A DNA stretch of 64,000 nucleotides from Leucoraja ocellata (lineage: Eukaryota): the NCBI GenBank assembly GCA_036785375.1, contig JAWMAR010000105.1, forward strand, positions 1,798,001 to 1,862,000. The letters are read 5' to 3'. A program made the position numbers and the translations under genes. The notes under the pieces were generated by a model. The model was given only the letters and a program-made list of their open reading frames with translations. It was not told the origin of the DNA and did no database searches. Of this stretch, positions 40,430-53,460 are shown piece by piece. The number at the start of each line of letters is the position of its first letter. Position 1 is the first letter of the stretch.

Positions 40430-41560
40430 ATATTAGTGGTTTAAGCATGATTAGTAAATGTGCAGTTGACACTGATGTGGGTGGTATTGTAGGTGATGAA
40501 AAAATGACAGAAATGACAGGAGTATCTTGATCAGCTGGGCAAGTGGGCTGAAGAACGGCCCGTGCAGTTAATGGAGATAAGTGAAAGGTGTTGCAATTTT
40601 GGGCAGGACTTTCACAGTGAATAGTAGACCATTGACAGTTCGGAGCTCGGAGTACGGGTGTTCAGGTCCCTGAAAAGAGAGAAGAATAATGCTGTTGCAT
40701 TAATTGTTTGTTTTGATTACATCTGAACAAGAAAAGTAGAAGAACACATTTCAACCACTCTACACACAATGAAAAGGATACTGATTTCACTTGGGCATGT
40801 CACACCAGGGCAGGATTTGTGCAGTAAATGGTAGAGTTCTGGCGAGGGCAGCACGACTGAGAGCTAGGGGTATGGGTGTGTGGTTCCATAAAAGTGGTGA
40901 GTCAAGTGGACAGTGCAGTGATGGCAGCATTTGGCACACTTGCCTTCATTGGGAAGGATATAGAGTACAAATGTTGGGACATCAGGATGCAGCTGTACAC
41001 GTCATTGGTGAGACCACACTTGTTAGTGAATAGCAAACGCAGTAATGGTTGCTCAACCCATCAGAAGTATATCATTAATCTGGAAAGGATTCCGTAGAGA
41101 TTTACTGGGATGTTACCTGGGCTTGCAAGGTTCAGTTGTAGGGAGAAGTTGGATAAGCTGGGACTTTATTCTCTGGAGCCTAGGGGTGACCTTGTTAAGG
41201 TAAACAAACTCAAGAGGGACATGAATAAAGTGAACACTGTCTTTTTTCCCCCAAGGTACTGGTTTGTAAAGCCAGGCCAGAGGGCATAGGCTTGAGGGGT
41301 GAGATTCAAGAGGGACCTCGGGGAAGGGCATCTGTACTTATTTGGAGGGCATCTGTATCTGAATGAGCTGCTAGAGGAAGCTATAGAAGTGGATGCAATT
41401 ATAGTTTATTAAAAGCATTTGGGCAGATATATGGATAGGAAGAGTTTGGCGGGCAACGGACCAAATTCCAGCAAATGGAACTAGCCCTGTATGCCAACTT
41501 GATTAGCATAGGCAAGGACTGACGGACCTGTTTCCTTGCTGCATAACTGTATGACTATGT
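40430..41560 (+). mobile_element. Decayed CR1 LINE ORF2 3' half and 3' UTR
   Basis: Remnants of ISKFADDT, LDQLGKWAE, AFGTLAFIGKDIEYK, LYTSLVRPHL; many frameshifts. Confidence 0.8.
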
Positions 41561-42599
41561 TTACTGAGAAGGGGAAAATTCCTTCCTCGTGATTACTAAT
41601 ACACATGCAGGGACATTGTGATTTGAGAATGCTGTCTCTCTTTGATGTTTTAAAGGCAATTAAGGGTCACATTTGTGATCCATTATTTTATTAGAAATAA
41701 AGCGGCTAGCAGATGGAGTTGGTTATTACTTGGCTCATTGATGCCGCTGTTGCTTGTTCTTCTGCAAAGGCCGACTTAAGCTAAATGTGAATTCTAGTAG
41801 TAAATTACTAGATTGTACGAAAGATCTATAGATGCTGCTGTTTGAAAGGGAGTATTGAGCTTGCATGCTAATAATGTTAGCTGCTATAATTTGATATGAT
41901 ATGAATCTTGAGGATTTTGGTCACAATTACATGGCTTGGATGAGGTTACTGTCTTGTATGAGTGCCCAAGATCTACTGTTCAGTTATCTTGCTGCCATTT
42001 GCTACATTTGAGACTGTAATCACTGCTACTGCAAGTCTGTTGGAAAAGGCTGTTAGCCACTCGTATAATATTTGTAGTCAAGAGTTTTATTGTCATTTGT
42101 TCCAGATAGAACAATGAAATTCTTACTTGCAACAAAACACAACAGAACATGTAAACATAATACACTGTAAACAATATAATGGACGAGGGGGGAAAAGTGT
42201 TAAGAGAGCAACCACAAAGCACTCTTTTCTACGATAAAACAAATGTCTTTTGGGTACAACTCCAAGTCATTAAAAGCCTATTGAAAATAGCCTGCTTTCA
42301 TATTGAAGTCTAGACTGTGGGAATATGGTTGAACTTTGACTAGGGGTGGCAGTTGAATATAGCCCAAATGCTGCATTTTCTGTTAAAGAACTTCTGTCCC
42401 AAGAGTCCTGACTCGATATGTTGTCTGTCCATTCCTGCGCAGATGAGTTCCTCTGACACTTTGCGTCTTGTTCATGTTTCCAACATCTGTAGTTCCTATT
42501 ACTGCTGGAATTGCTCAGTTTATGACCGATCTAGGGTGATGCCCACAGCCAATATTTTTATAGATTAAAAAAAAAAAAAAAAAAATACCAGGTGTACCA

Positions 42600-43250
42600 A
42601 GCAGTATAAACCTGTGAGCAGCCCCACGCTGGACCTGAGCTTGATCAATGAGGGATTAAGACGCGTACGCGTCCTGGTTGGTATCAATTATTTTGGGTCA
42701 TTAGTCCAGAACACTAACATTTGCCGTATACATCTCTCTGGAATCTGCATTGGCATTTGGCGGAGGTTTTGTTGGGATGTGGGGGAGGGGGAAACAGCAG
42801 CTCTGCCCAAGTCCCCAAGAAATTGCAGAGAATTGTATATGTAGCCGGCTCCATCACACCAACCAGACTCCCCACCACTGACTTTGTGCTACCTTGAAGA
42901 AGCAGCCAACATAATCAAAGACTTATCCCCACCACAGTCATTCCTTCTTCCTGCTCCTCTCTGGCAGAAGATGAAGAAACTTGAAGGCTCTGGAACAGCT
43001 CCTTCCCCTCTGTCAGGCTACTGAACAACCCACCCATAAGTTGGATGCTGTCCGATGCTCCTCTTGCCTATTGAACATTGGGCTTTATGTGAAACTGATG
43101 CGCTACTATGCTGAGAACTATATTCTGCACTTTGTCTCTTTCCCTTTACTCTTTCTATTGTACTTCAGTTTGTCTGTATTTATGGGTAATATATGATTAG
43201 ATAACATTCAAAACAAAGCTTTTTTGCTGTACCTTGGTACACGGTAATAT
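42600..43250 (+). mobile_element. Decayed Rex/Babar LINE 3' region
   Basis: AAGAAATTGCAGAGAATTGT...GCAGCCAACATAATCAAAGAC homologous to the reverse complement of 1275-1620. Confidence 0.65.
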
Positions 43251-44116
43251 ACCTAGTCTAGTGAGCTTGAGCTTTATCCACCCAAATCAATTGCATCTCT
43301 CAATTTCAATACGGACAAGTAACCATCTGTAAGTAAAAACAATATTGAATACAGTCTTTGGCTAACCTTTGTTCAGTAATGCATGCTTTCAAGAGACCTT
43401 GTTCAACTACCCATTTGAAACAGTTGAGAGGCAATGGAATGATGCCCAAATGTTGGGTTGTCTTGTTTGTGATGCCAGGCGACTGTTGCCAAAAGGAGAA
43501 GTGCCCAGCCAAGTAAAGCTCGAGGGAGAAGGCGAGCTATTGCTGGAGCTACAGTGGATACCTTCAGCAAAATAGACTTGGAACATTACCAAGTGTAATA
43601 TACCAGTCACAAGATGTTGTTTGTAGCATTTGGCTGGGGATGTTTCAGTGTTGTGGCGAAAATGGAAGCTCTGGAAGGATTTAATGGAATATTTTGGGGC
43701 AGATGGACACAGTTGGGAGATGAACATCTGAAGTTCCTGCTGTTTAAAGATGGGTTAGGAAATGAAAAGTATAATTGAGGTTTTTTTATTAAGGGACTCT
43801 TTTTACAGAATGTATCATTCCTGTTTCAGCCTGATTGAATGTGAACAAACAACTATGTACTGTACAAAGCCATAACCAAGTATATCAGATGCTGAATCTG
43901 AATTTAGCCAGTTGGGTAGATACTGATGAGAAAAACCCAAGTTGATTTAAAGGGCTTGTTTCCCACAGGTTTCAGATGGAACAAGAAAGCAATTGTTTCA
44001 AGCCAAATATCACAGAGCTACTGTACATGGCTTTCCCTGAACTTTCAGATGCTTTACCATTAGCGTTACATTATTCTTGATTTGTTTTTGGCTTCTGGCT
44101 TTGGTGCTTGGTTAAA

Positions 44117-44183
44117 ACATTAGAAACCACCAGGTAAACAAACCAGCATCTACAGTTCTTTCCTACACATTAGAAACCACCAG
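44117..44183 (+). mobile_element. Minimal 33-bp PLE tail insertion with 17-bp TSD
   Basis: ACATTAGAAACCACCAG at 44117-44133 and 44167-44183 flanks AAACCAGCATCTACAGTTCTTTCCTAC. Confidence 0.8.
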
Positions 44184-44339
44184 TTGGACAGAGCAAAGTG
44201 CAAACTTCCATCTTTCTGGATTCTAAATGAAACAATTTTGACAAAATCCTTCAGGAAAATACTTCCTGGCTGCCCTCAGATTTTCATCTACCTTAGAACT
44301 CCGCAGTTGTGGAAACCAAGAGATGTCAAGTCAAAAAGC

Positions 44340-44538
44340 CCTATCTTTCTCTCTCTATCCCCTTCCCTTCTAAGTTCTCCCACCAGTCTTACCGTCTCCG
44401 ACTACATTCTATCTTTGTCCTGCCCACTCCCCTGACATCAGTCTGACGAAGGGTCTCAACTTGAAACGTCACCCATTCCTTCTCTCCAGAGATGCTGCCT
44501 GTCCCGCTGAACGAGTCAAACGTTTTGTATCTATCTTC
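44340..44538 (+). ncRNA. PLE terminal repeat with core-intact minimal hammerhead (44443-44470), sense to pard6a pre-mRNA
   Basis: CTGACGA-A-GGGT-CTCA-ACTT-GAAA-C-GTC; predicted cleavage after 44470. Confidence 0.65.
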
Positions 44539-44574
44539 TGCCTAATAGACTAGTCTGTGTACCAAAATGAACGA

Positions 44575-45011
44575 GATGGGCCATTCTTTGGAAAGTGAAC
44601 CAAAATGTCTCACACGTGACCAGATGGCATCACATAAAGTAATACATTATAAAATTCTTGTAAGAGATTGATCTTATTCATTGCTATTTTCCTACCTAAA
44701 GAACTATAATGCATGTCTGCTAAAGGCATGAACATTTTAGCTTTTTTAAATGCAGTTTGTGAGATAAAACTGAGTTATGGAAAAAAAAACGCTTCCATGT
44801 GCGGTCACACACGTGACCAGTCATATTTGACCTCTGATCTTAAACAAACATTGTCAGCATAACCTAAACATTTCACATGATAAACTTCAGAAAAATATGA
44901 ATCGTATATACAGTACAAAACAATACCTGTAATGCTTTCAGAATTAGAAGAGATGCATTCCACAATTTTTCATATCTTTAGTCACACACGTGACTAAGAA
45001 TGGGGCCCATC
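44575..45011. mobile_element. Putative MITE with three CACGTGAC motifs
   Basis: GATGGGCCATTCTT ... AAGAATGGGGCCCATC imperfect TIRs; no clear TSD. Confidence 0.45.
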
Positions 45012-46192
45012 ATAGAAATCGTCAGGTCTGCGTATTTGTTTGTAAACTATTTGCCAAATGATATGTCCAGCGGTTTAATTGGTTGCCACTCTGTTCAGTT
45101 TGCATTTAAGGATGCCTAAAATAATGTGCCACAGACTTTTAAATGTGATTGCCATTTTACACAATATAGGGAGTAATCTTTTTACAGTGCATTGGACAAG
45201 TCTAGATTTGATTGTCAGTTAATGTCATCCATTATACAACAGTGACTATTGCTGTAAGCGAAATGCAAAAATTCTGTTCCAATATGTTTGGGATGAGAGC
45301 TAGAAATGGAGCACCTTGAATCTCCAACACAGGGCAAGCACAAGTATTGTGAGCACACTACATCCTAGTGACTGATCCACTGATACATACGTTGCCCCAT
45401 TTGTGGCAGTCTGTGGATCCTGCATGGAATCCTGCAGTGCCCACACAACTGGAGCGGAAGGAAGTTCACCTCCACGCTATGTTGTCACGTTGTTTGCAAT
45501 ATACCATCGAAAGTAAAATATTTACATTTGTGACTAAAATTAAACTGCATGTTTGTTTGTTTGCTTTGATAACGTGGGTTTTGAAGAGATCCGTTTGGCT
45601 TGTCTTGCAAATCTTTTTAAAATTTAGGCAAAGTGTTAATTTCCTTTTTGAACAATTGAATGAGCATCTTTATGGGACTGTGGATACAGGTGATGGCAAA
45701 CTTTGTGGTCCTTGTCTGAAGTTACCAGCTTGCCTTAAACTCTAAACAAGAATGAAGATATAACCTTGTCTAAATTGCACATAAAACCTACCTGCTGAAT
45801 TTATAACAATGATCACATTTGTATTCTGGGCAGGTCTGTGGTTTATATAGAACTTGTCAAGACGGGTTCCCATCTAGGTACCATGCCAAAATCATTCACG
45901 GGTGAATGGGGAAACAATGGATTTTAAAGTATTGAATTGTCTCCTAAATGAACAGCTGATAACTGAATTTGTCCAAACTATGTAATTGATTCTTTACCCA
46001 TTTCAACACTTGGACAGAATCACTGTTGATCAAATGTAGCTCAAGCAGCACATGTTCCAGTCTGGGCAAAACTTTGTTATTTTGTCCCAGTGATTAATTT
46101 TCAGTCACTTGCTATCTTGTCTGACCCCCGAGTAGATTTGTTTCTTTCATGTCCCTGAAGGCTGCATTAATTTTGTTGTGTTCATTTCGTAT

Positions 46193-46494
46193 TTTAGTTT
46201 AGTTTAGAGATACAATGTGGAAACAGGCCCTTCAGCCCACCGGGTCTGCGCCGACCAGTGATCCCTGCGTGTTAACACACACTAGGGAAAGTTTTTACAT
46301 TTACCAAGCCAATTTACGTGCATGTACGTCTTTGGAGTGGGAGGAAACCGAAGATCTCGGAGAAAACCCACTCGGGTCACGGGGGGAACGTAAAACTCCG
46401 TACAGACAACACCCGTAGTCGGGATCGAACCCAGGTGTTTGGCGCTGCAAGCACTGTAAGGCAGCAACTCTACCGCTGTGCCACTGTGCCGCCC
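46193..46494 (-). mobile_element. Full-length V-SINE/HE1-like SINE
   Basis: Minus strand GGGCGGCACAGTGGCACAGCGG (A box), GGTTCGATCC (B box), V-domain, (CTAAA)n tail. Confidence 0.9.
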
Positions 46495-48351
46495 GAGGAT
46501 TTTGAGAAAAACCTGTATTGCTATATTATTTCAAGTTTTTGCTGCCAACTTTATTATCCAAACTGCTCTGCCTGTTTGCAATGCCCTTTTTGTTCATGGA
46601 AAATGTATTTAACCAACTAGGCTAACATTTTGTCTTTGATAGCCCTTGACTCACTACAATCAGTAATACAATGCACGCTATTATATTATTTAGCGTGGAA
46701 TGTGTTAGTGGCTCCAGGTATCTCCTGCTCTTGTCCTTTGTGAGGTTGAATTTGGGAAGAGCTACCAGCAAGCTTGGTGAGGTGTAATGTGTAATAGGGA
46801 GAGAATGCCTAGAGTGGTAGAGGGGATGCCAATTACTGTAATTTATTCTGGATGACGTGGAGCTGCCCTCTATCCAATTAGGATGTATAACTCGTGACCT
46901 TTTACAGCAAAGGATTAGAAGAACAAATTAGCAGAACACTCAGACTCTGACCTGCTTTTGGTGCTATAGTTTGGGGGCTAATCTCAATGAAGCAACCCAC
47001 GACTTTTCTTTTAAATCCTCTGTGTTATTTTGTTTTTACACCAGACCTGGCTTCAGTCTTGATAAATGCTGCCCACAAGTTTTTGCAAACTTATAAATTC
47101 ATTGGGGAAAGTCTTGCAGAAATCTTTCTGGTCAATCTTGTGCTAATTACCAAGACTTAAAACTACATTTGAACGTTGCCTTTTTAGCCCCATGAAAACA
47201 TTTCTAGCAATTCAGTGCTAATTTTCAGTGTGCTGGTTCCCCGGTGAGTGTTTCCAATACCTGCTAATTCAGTGGGCAGTGGTGTAAACCGCACAGGGAC
47301 GAGGGCAGATTTTGAAAACCTTCAAAATGAAATTACCAAATTAAGTTGGTATTGGTTATAATTGTTCTTGACATGTTCCTTTTATAAACAAAAGTTAACA
47401 TACAGTTGATGTGAATCTTCCCTAATGGCCAATCCACAAGTGCTGTTCATAGATCACTATATACACTTGTCTTAATACTAATTTTAAAAAAAATCATGAT
47501 AAAAGTACATCCTTGTGTTTATGAATGCTGCATCTATCTGAACAGTCTCCAGCTAGATTCCCATTTCAGATCGTTAACTACAGAGAAGGGGATCTGATTA
47601 AGTGGATTGATTTTGAATGTTCTGTAGATCTGCTAAGAGTTGTATCAATCCAATAGTTCCATAGGAGTGTCACATTCAGCATGAACTTTTATTGGGTTAT
47701 TTGTTACTCTTTATAATCTCTTGTGTTGTCTCATTTGAGATGCCCTGCCTTTAGCTGTGCTCAGCTGTTACTTCAATCTTCTGAACTGTATCCTTCCCTA
47801 GTTGGAGAAATGTTATAGTGGTACTGACATAATTAACATTTGAGACTTTTTAATTTGTACATTGTAAGATGCGTGATTATGTGATTGTTTGGCACGTTTG
47901 ATAAAACAGATAATCTCTGTTCTACAGAGATTAAAATTGGACAAGGCTTATGTTCAACTCTTGACAGGGACTCTTTTGGGGAAAGAAATAAGATACATTA
48001 TGAAGTTCTCCTTCTTAGTCCCTAAATTACAAGTTCTTCTTCTGATGGTTTCTGACCTGTTGCAAATACAGTCCTCTTGACATTGAATTGTGAGGACTAT
48101 GCAATAACAGTAGCTTGCAGGAAGTATAACTGTTAAACTTGAGATTGGCATGCGATGGTGCATTTATTTTGCAAGAGCAACTGAGATTACATACTAGGAA
48201 AATATAGAGGAAGCAAAGCAATTGGTCATGTAATAGTCACAGATAAACACCAGCACAACCTCCACGGAAATGAGGGTTTTTTTTCCACAACAGTTAATTT
48301 TTCCATTTAACATTTAAAAAGCATGCCCTCAAAGTCTCATTAGAACATACT

Positions 48352-48573
48352 TGATAGTTAAAAAAACTATCAATGGAATAACTCAATGGGTCTGGCAGTA
48401 TCTCTGGAGAACGTGGATAGGTCACTTTTTGGGTTTGACTGAAGGGTCCCAACCTGAAACATCACCTATCCATGTCCACTAGAAATGCTGTGTGACCCAA
48501 TAAATTACTCCAGCACTTTTTTAATCTCTTTTTGGAAACCATCATCTGCTATTCCTGTCTCGTGATAGTTAAA
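48352..48573. mobile_element. Fold-back PLE-terminus element with 11-bp TSD
   Basis: TGATAGTTAAA at 48352-48362 and 48563-48573; inverted arms around CTGAAGGGTCCCAACCTGAAACATC. Confidence 0.75.
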
Positions 48574-49487
48574 CCTGGCAGCAGGAAGCAATTTAAAGTA
48601 ACCTGAAGTCTTGGCTAGATACCAAATGCCGATCTACATTGCAATCTGCCAAGAAATTCTAGTTTGAATATAACCTGAATGGGAGCATATTTTCTGCATC
48701 ATTGCTATTAGCAAATTGCAATTAACACGATTAGTAATAACTTTGTCCTGTGAGCAATTCCAGGTTCCTTGTACGTAAGCAATTACTTGCATTTGTACAT
48801 TGTCTTTCTCAACCATCATTGGGTCATACCAAGACCTCTTGAGCCAGTGAAGCACTTTTGATGGCTGATCATTTGGATAATGGCTAATACTGGAAATATG
48901 GCAGCCAAATCAAGCGGTGAGATTGCAAGCAATGACAGGAGAAATGGCTATGAGATGAGATCAGGGCCAATTTTTTTTTTTTTTTTTTTTTTTTAAATAA
49001 TGCCTGCTAAGAAGACACCTACCACCTTGCTTTTATTAATGTCATAACTTTTTATAATCCATCCGAGACTCTGTTTAGGCTCTGTTTAATGATTCTTCCA
49101 GAAGATGGCACCAATCACACTAAAGATTTTAAAAGTAGGAACAGGTTGATCTTAATAATCACTTACCCGCACTAATCCCATAATCTTTTGATTCTCTTCA
49201 AGATGATTTTTAATTGTGAAAATGCCGCAGTTCTCTTGCATAATGAATACCAAAGATTCACTACCTCTTAAAGAAGAAATGTGTTCTCCTGAATGGCTGG
49301 TATTTTATTTTGAGACTGGGACCCCTGGCTGTGCAACCTACTTCCTCCATCTCAAGCTTAGATTTGTTTTTTGCGATTAACTGTCTGGAGTAGGGCTTTA
49401 GAAACTCCAGCAGTGAAAGGTGAAACTGTTGATCCTGATAATTTGCAAAAAAATCAAAGGTCTTGGAATTTTCTAACATCAAAATGT

Positions 49488-49790
49488 ATGTACTTGAATC
49501 CAAATACCTGTAATATATGAACAGAACTAGGTCAGCAATTGGTGTGACAGTGAATGTCTCATTTACCCTGATCTAACGCATGCATTTCAGGATTCAGAAG
49601 CATGCTTCTGACTCCTGAACACACATGGCCTAGGACAGCATTCAGCATATTGGATGCCTTTTGAACTGCTTTTAAGAAATCAATGAAACCTGATTTCAGT
49701 AGCTTGGTAGGATACCAAAATGCATGGGTTAGATCAGGGTAAATTAGACATTCACTGTCACTCCAATTGCTGACTTTGAATTAAGTACAT
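49488..49790. repeat. Long inverted repeat with nested palindromes, unclassified
   Basis: 57-bp arms 49531-49587 / 49718-49774 (3 mismatches); inner 30-bp palindrome 49588-49617. Confidence 0.85.
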
Positions 49791-50681
49791 TACTGAGAAC
49801 CAGGTGTCACTTAAGTGGTGCAATGTCAGGTCTAGGTTAAATGTAAGAGCTTCTTTCCTACAGTATTAGGACCAGGCTGTCAAGTTGTGTGGTACAATTC
49901 CTTATTCCAAGCACTGGAGCAAATAAGAAGGTAATTGAGAAATTTGGGACTTTGTTGATCTGAGACGGATTCTTTTTTTTTCCCCCTTTCTGATTGGCTG
50001 AATGGATCAGGAATTCCCCAAACAGGTCTGGCCTTTTCCCCCTTCTGGGGAATTGCAATGTTTTTGGTGGGGATGGCGGCAAGCATATGTAAATGGGGAT
50101 GATATGGGGTAGGTTGGAAGTACCAGTTTTAATTCTGTCACATTGCATTTGAACAACCTATAACATTCCAGGCCCAGCAACAGCAAATGAGGCCAGTGCA
50201 CTTTGGGAGCCTTCCTCATTGAGCATCCCTAGGTGTGAACTTTGCACATAACATCACAGGGTTGTGCATCTTTTGCACTTCATATTATATATCATCTTTT
50301 CTACATTTGTCCAATTGGGCTCGGGGCTATATGTTGCTTGCAACGTGGCCTGTTTGTTCTTGACAAGTTCCCCCAAGCAGCAGAGTACAAATTATCAAGT
50401 TTAAATGGTGCTGCTGGAGGGATAAGTATCAAGAATGCAAGGATAATTCTATTCATGGGATCTCGGTTAAACATCTGATGGTCAGTGCTGCACTCATAAT
50501 CATCAAGGTGTCTGCTAGATAGATGCAGGATGGCACCCACTCAAGGCAACTCTCTGTATGCTGGTCCCAGAAGTGGATCTGCAATCATTCATTACATAGC
50601 TCCACTCTTTGAAAGCTCTACTCCAAGAACAGAATTTCTTACTCTAACTATGCTCCAAATGATATTCCCATTGTCCTGCAC

Positions 50682-50789
50682 ACAGGATTGTAATCATGTG
50701 TATAGTCTTTCTACTGAATGGATAGCACGCAACAAAAAGCTCTTCACTGTACCTCGGTACATGTGCAAATAAACTAAATTAAAACTGAA
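50682..50789 (+). mobile_element. Rex/Babar-like 3' tail
   Basis: Reverse complement of 36460-36560 (TGGATAGCACGCAACAAAAAGC...TTCACTGTACCTCGGTACA...AATAAACTAAA). Confidence 0.7.
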
Positions 50790-51092
50790 GTGCTGACGGG
50801 CACAGTGAAGACTACTTGTTATTTCTGTGGTATTAATTTTTTTAATTCTGTACAGCCATGAACTGAAACCACAATCATTCTGCATGATCTCCCACCTTCA
50901 TTCAATGAAACTCCTGTGTTACTCATTGACATGCTTACGTAACCTGATCTGACTGTTTTTGCACTATAAAAAGAGCATTGTACTCGCTGCCAGATATGTT
51001 GAAATGTTTGCACCTAACTATTTCTAAGTTGTTTTGAGTGTATCACTCTTAGTAATCCAATGGAGTATTAGCCTATAAAATAACACCTATTG

Positions 51093-52002
51093 GTCTATGG
51101 ATGATAGTTGTGCAGGAAGGAACTGCAGATGCTGGTTTATACCGACGATAGATGCAAAATGCTGGAGTAACTCAGCTGATCAGGCAGCATCACTGGAGAG
51201 AAGGAATGTGTGATGTTTCTGGTCGAGACCCTTCTTCGGAATCTGAAGTCTGCATGTCTTTCAGAGTCTAGAACAGGGGTGGGGAACCTTTTCATGTTGG
51301 AATGCCGCATTAAGCTAGCTGTAATCTAATAAGCCCGCAGCCAAGAAACTTAAATTAGATATACTTCAAAATGTACATTATTTGGTAAACAAATCTAACT
51401 ACTATGTAGTAACTTCAAGAAAATGAAAAAAAATTGTTAATTCTAAAGTTAATTAACCTTTTAATGACTTTGTTGTGACTGCTCTTTGTGGGAAAACATT
51501 TGAATATTTGGTTGCAACATGGAGGTACGCAGTTTCAGCTGATCTTCTAGATGAGTATCTGTCATTTGTGACCTTAAGGGCGGCCTGATTTGGGTTGGGT
51601 AGGAGAATGTAGATTTGCAGCAATAAGCGGTTGAAAAGCAAGAAAGCATTTTCCGTGCATGTCAAAGTTAACGTACATTCTAGAGTGAGCATAACAGGTG
51701 TTAAAATAGCCCTCATGACTTACTAATGTTTGAATTAGTTGAATCTTCTTTTACGATTAAAATAAAAAATAATAAAAGATGAACAAAAACATATTAATAA
51801 AAATAAAAGGATTTGTTCCACAAAATTTGGATTCCTTCAAAAGGCCGCACTTAATGGCCTAGAAGGCCGCAGGCTCCCCACCCCTGGTCTAGAGTCTGAT
51901 GAAGGGTCTCAACCCAAAATGTCACCCATTCCTTCTATCCAGGGATGCTGCCTGTCCTACCTACTGAGTTACTCCAGCATTTTGTGTCTATGGATAATAG
52001 TT
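51093..52002. mobile_element. Fold-back PLE-terminus element with 17-bp TSD, split by a nested hAT
   Basis: GTCTATGGATRATAGTT at 51093-51109 and 51986-52002; arms 51110-51239 and 51893-51990. Confidence 0.85.
51274..51886. mobile_element. Non-autonomous hAT (Charlie-like) DNA transposon, 613 bp
   Basis: TIRs CAGGGGTGGGGAACCT / AGGCTCCCCACCCCTG; 8-bp TSD GTCTAGAA/GTCTAGAG fits the NTCTAGAN Charlie target. Confidence 0.9.
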
Positions 52003-53460
52003 TCTGTGTGGATACTTTCACCCCTTTTATTTAAGGGACTAACTGCTGCTGGAGTACTGCAATAATTTGTGATATTCAACATGGAACAATATCAAATTTG
52101 GGTAATGAGTCGGTACCAACTATAAACCATCCATCCATTCCAAACCCTTGCCTGTTCAGCCCCATTTCTATCCACTTCTCCTGCCCTCATGCTTGATGTG
52201 GTGGAATATAGTGGTAACTCCAAACACCAACTCCCAGACCATACAAGGTCGTGGTGGACGGTGTGTTGGATCTGAGGATCTTTTACCATCCTAAATACCA
52301 GAGGATGGGGCTTGTTTGACTGCAGTCGCTATGGGGTGACTGGAAGATGCACTGCTGCCCGAACAGAGGGATAACACCACAGCTTGATAACGGGGCCCAA
52401 TCAGTTAGGATCAATTCGGGATGGGCAATTGGAGTACCATGCAAGATTTGTGCCAATGTAAAATAGAGATTCCAGTTATATAGATGTTTTCATCATGGTG
52501 CAAATAAGGGAGGAGCTGAAAGTGAGGGATAAAGCCTGATGGGTATTTTTGTGCTTGAATGGGATTTGAATTTTCTAACCTGAGCAAATTGAGTCTCAAC
52601 TGACCAAGAAATGAAAAATTATTGAAATGATACATTTTTATGCAGCATTAAATTTTCAATGCTGAATAGAAAGTGTTTAATTTTGCACATGTATATTCCA
52701 GATTAATGACAACACACTTCCACTCAAGGGTCTCAATTTTCAACCACTCTGTTGGTAATTTTGTAATCCAAGAAAATTGTTTTCTCTTCCAATGATGGGA
52801 GGAAAGAAAAATGAGCGTATTGTGGTTGCCTTTAACTAGATGTTTTAATATGAAATACATGGAACCTGTTGTTTTTCCTGTCCTGCAGTGTAGTCAGTCA
52901 GAAGGGCCATGATGTGATGACTGAATAAAAGCTGCTCTAAAGAGATTCATTGCGATTTAAATCGTCTCTTGCAGTGCTGTCAATAAATAATATCCTATTA
53001 TGTCATCAATGAACTGCAGCATGGGAAGAGGTCACTTTGTGCATTTCAAGTACTAAATCTGATGTAACATGAATTTTAATTTTTTACTATGATGTTGAAA
53101 AGCTACTTTATGAAATGTTACTAATCGCATCTGAGAGTAATGTTAGATCTAAATGCATGCTTCAGTCAGCTGAGCAGTTCAAATTCTGGAATTTACAGCA
53201 GCAGTAGACAGTTTAATGATATGAACAGAAATCAAATGACATTTATCTTCCCCTCAAATTGTCAGCTATTGCTTTAGCAAATCAGACCATAAAATAATTC
53301 AGCCATGTTCTTTAGTGGTCTGGCAGAGTATTAGTTGCAACAATTATCTGACACTCAAATTAACAACGTTATCAACAACTTCAACCATTTCAAGAATTTT
53401 TAGCCGAAGGATCTGAAACATAATGGGTGGTTTTGCACCGGGATAGACTGGCTGTCGGGC

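Noticed and set aside
43369-43600. Coding-like purine-rich stretch
   Set aside because: Short, with no recognisable homology or consistent splice sites
46420-46494. tRNA-like A/B boxes (also ~32800-32849)
   Set aside because: These are SINE heads continuing into V-domain and LINE-like tails, not tRNA genes
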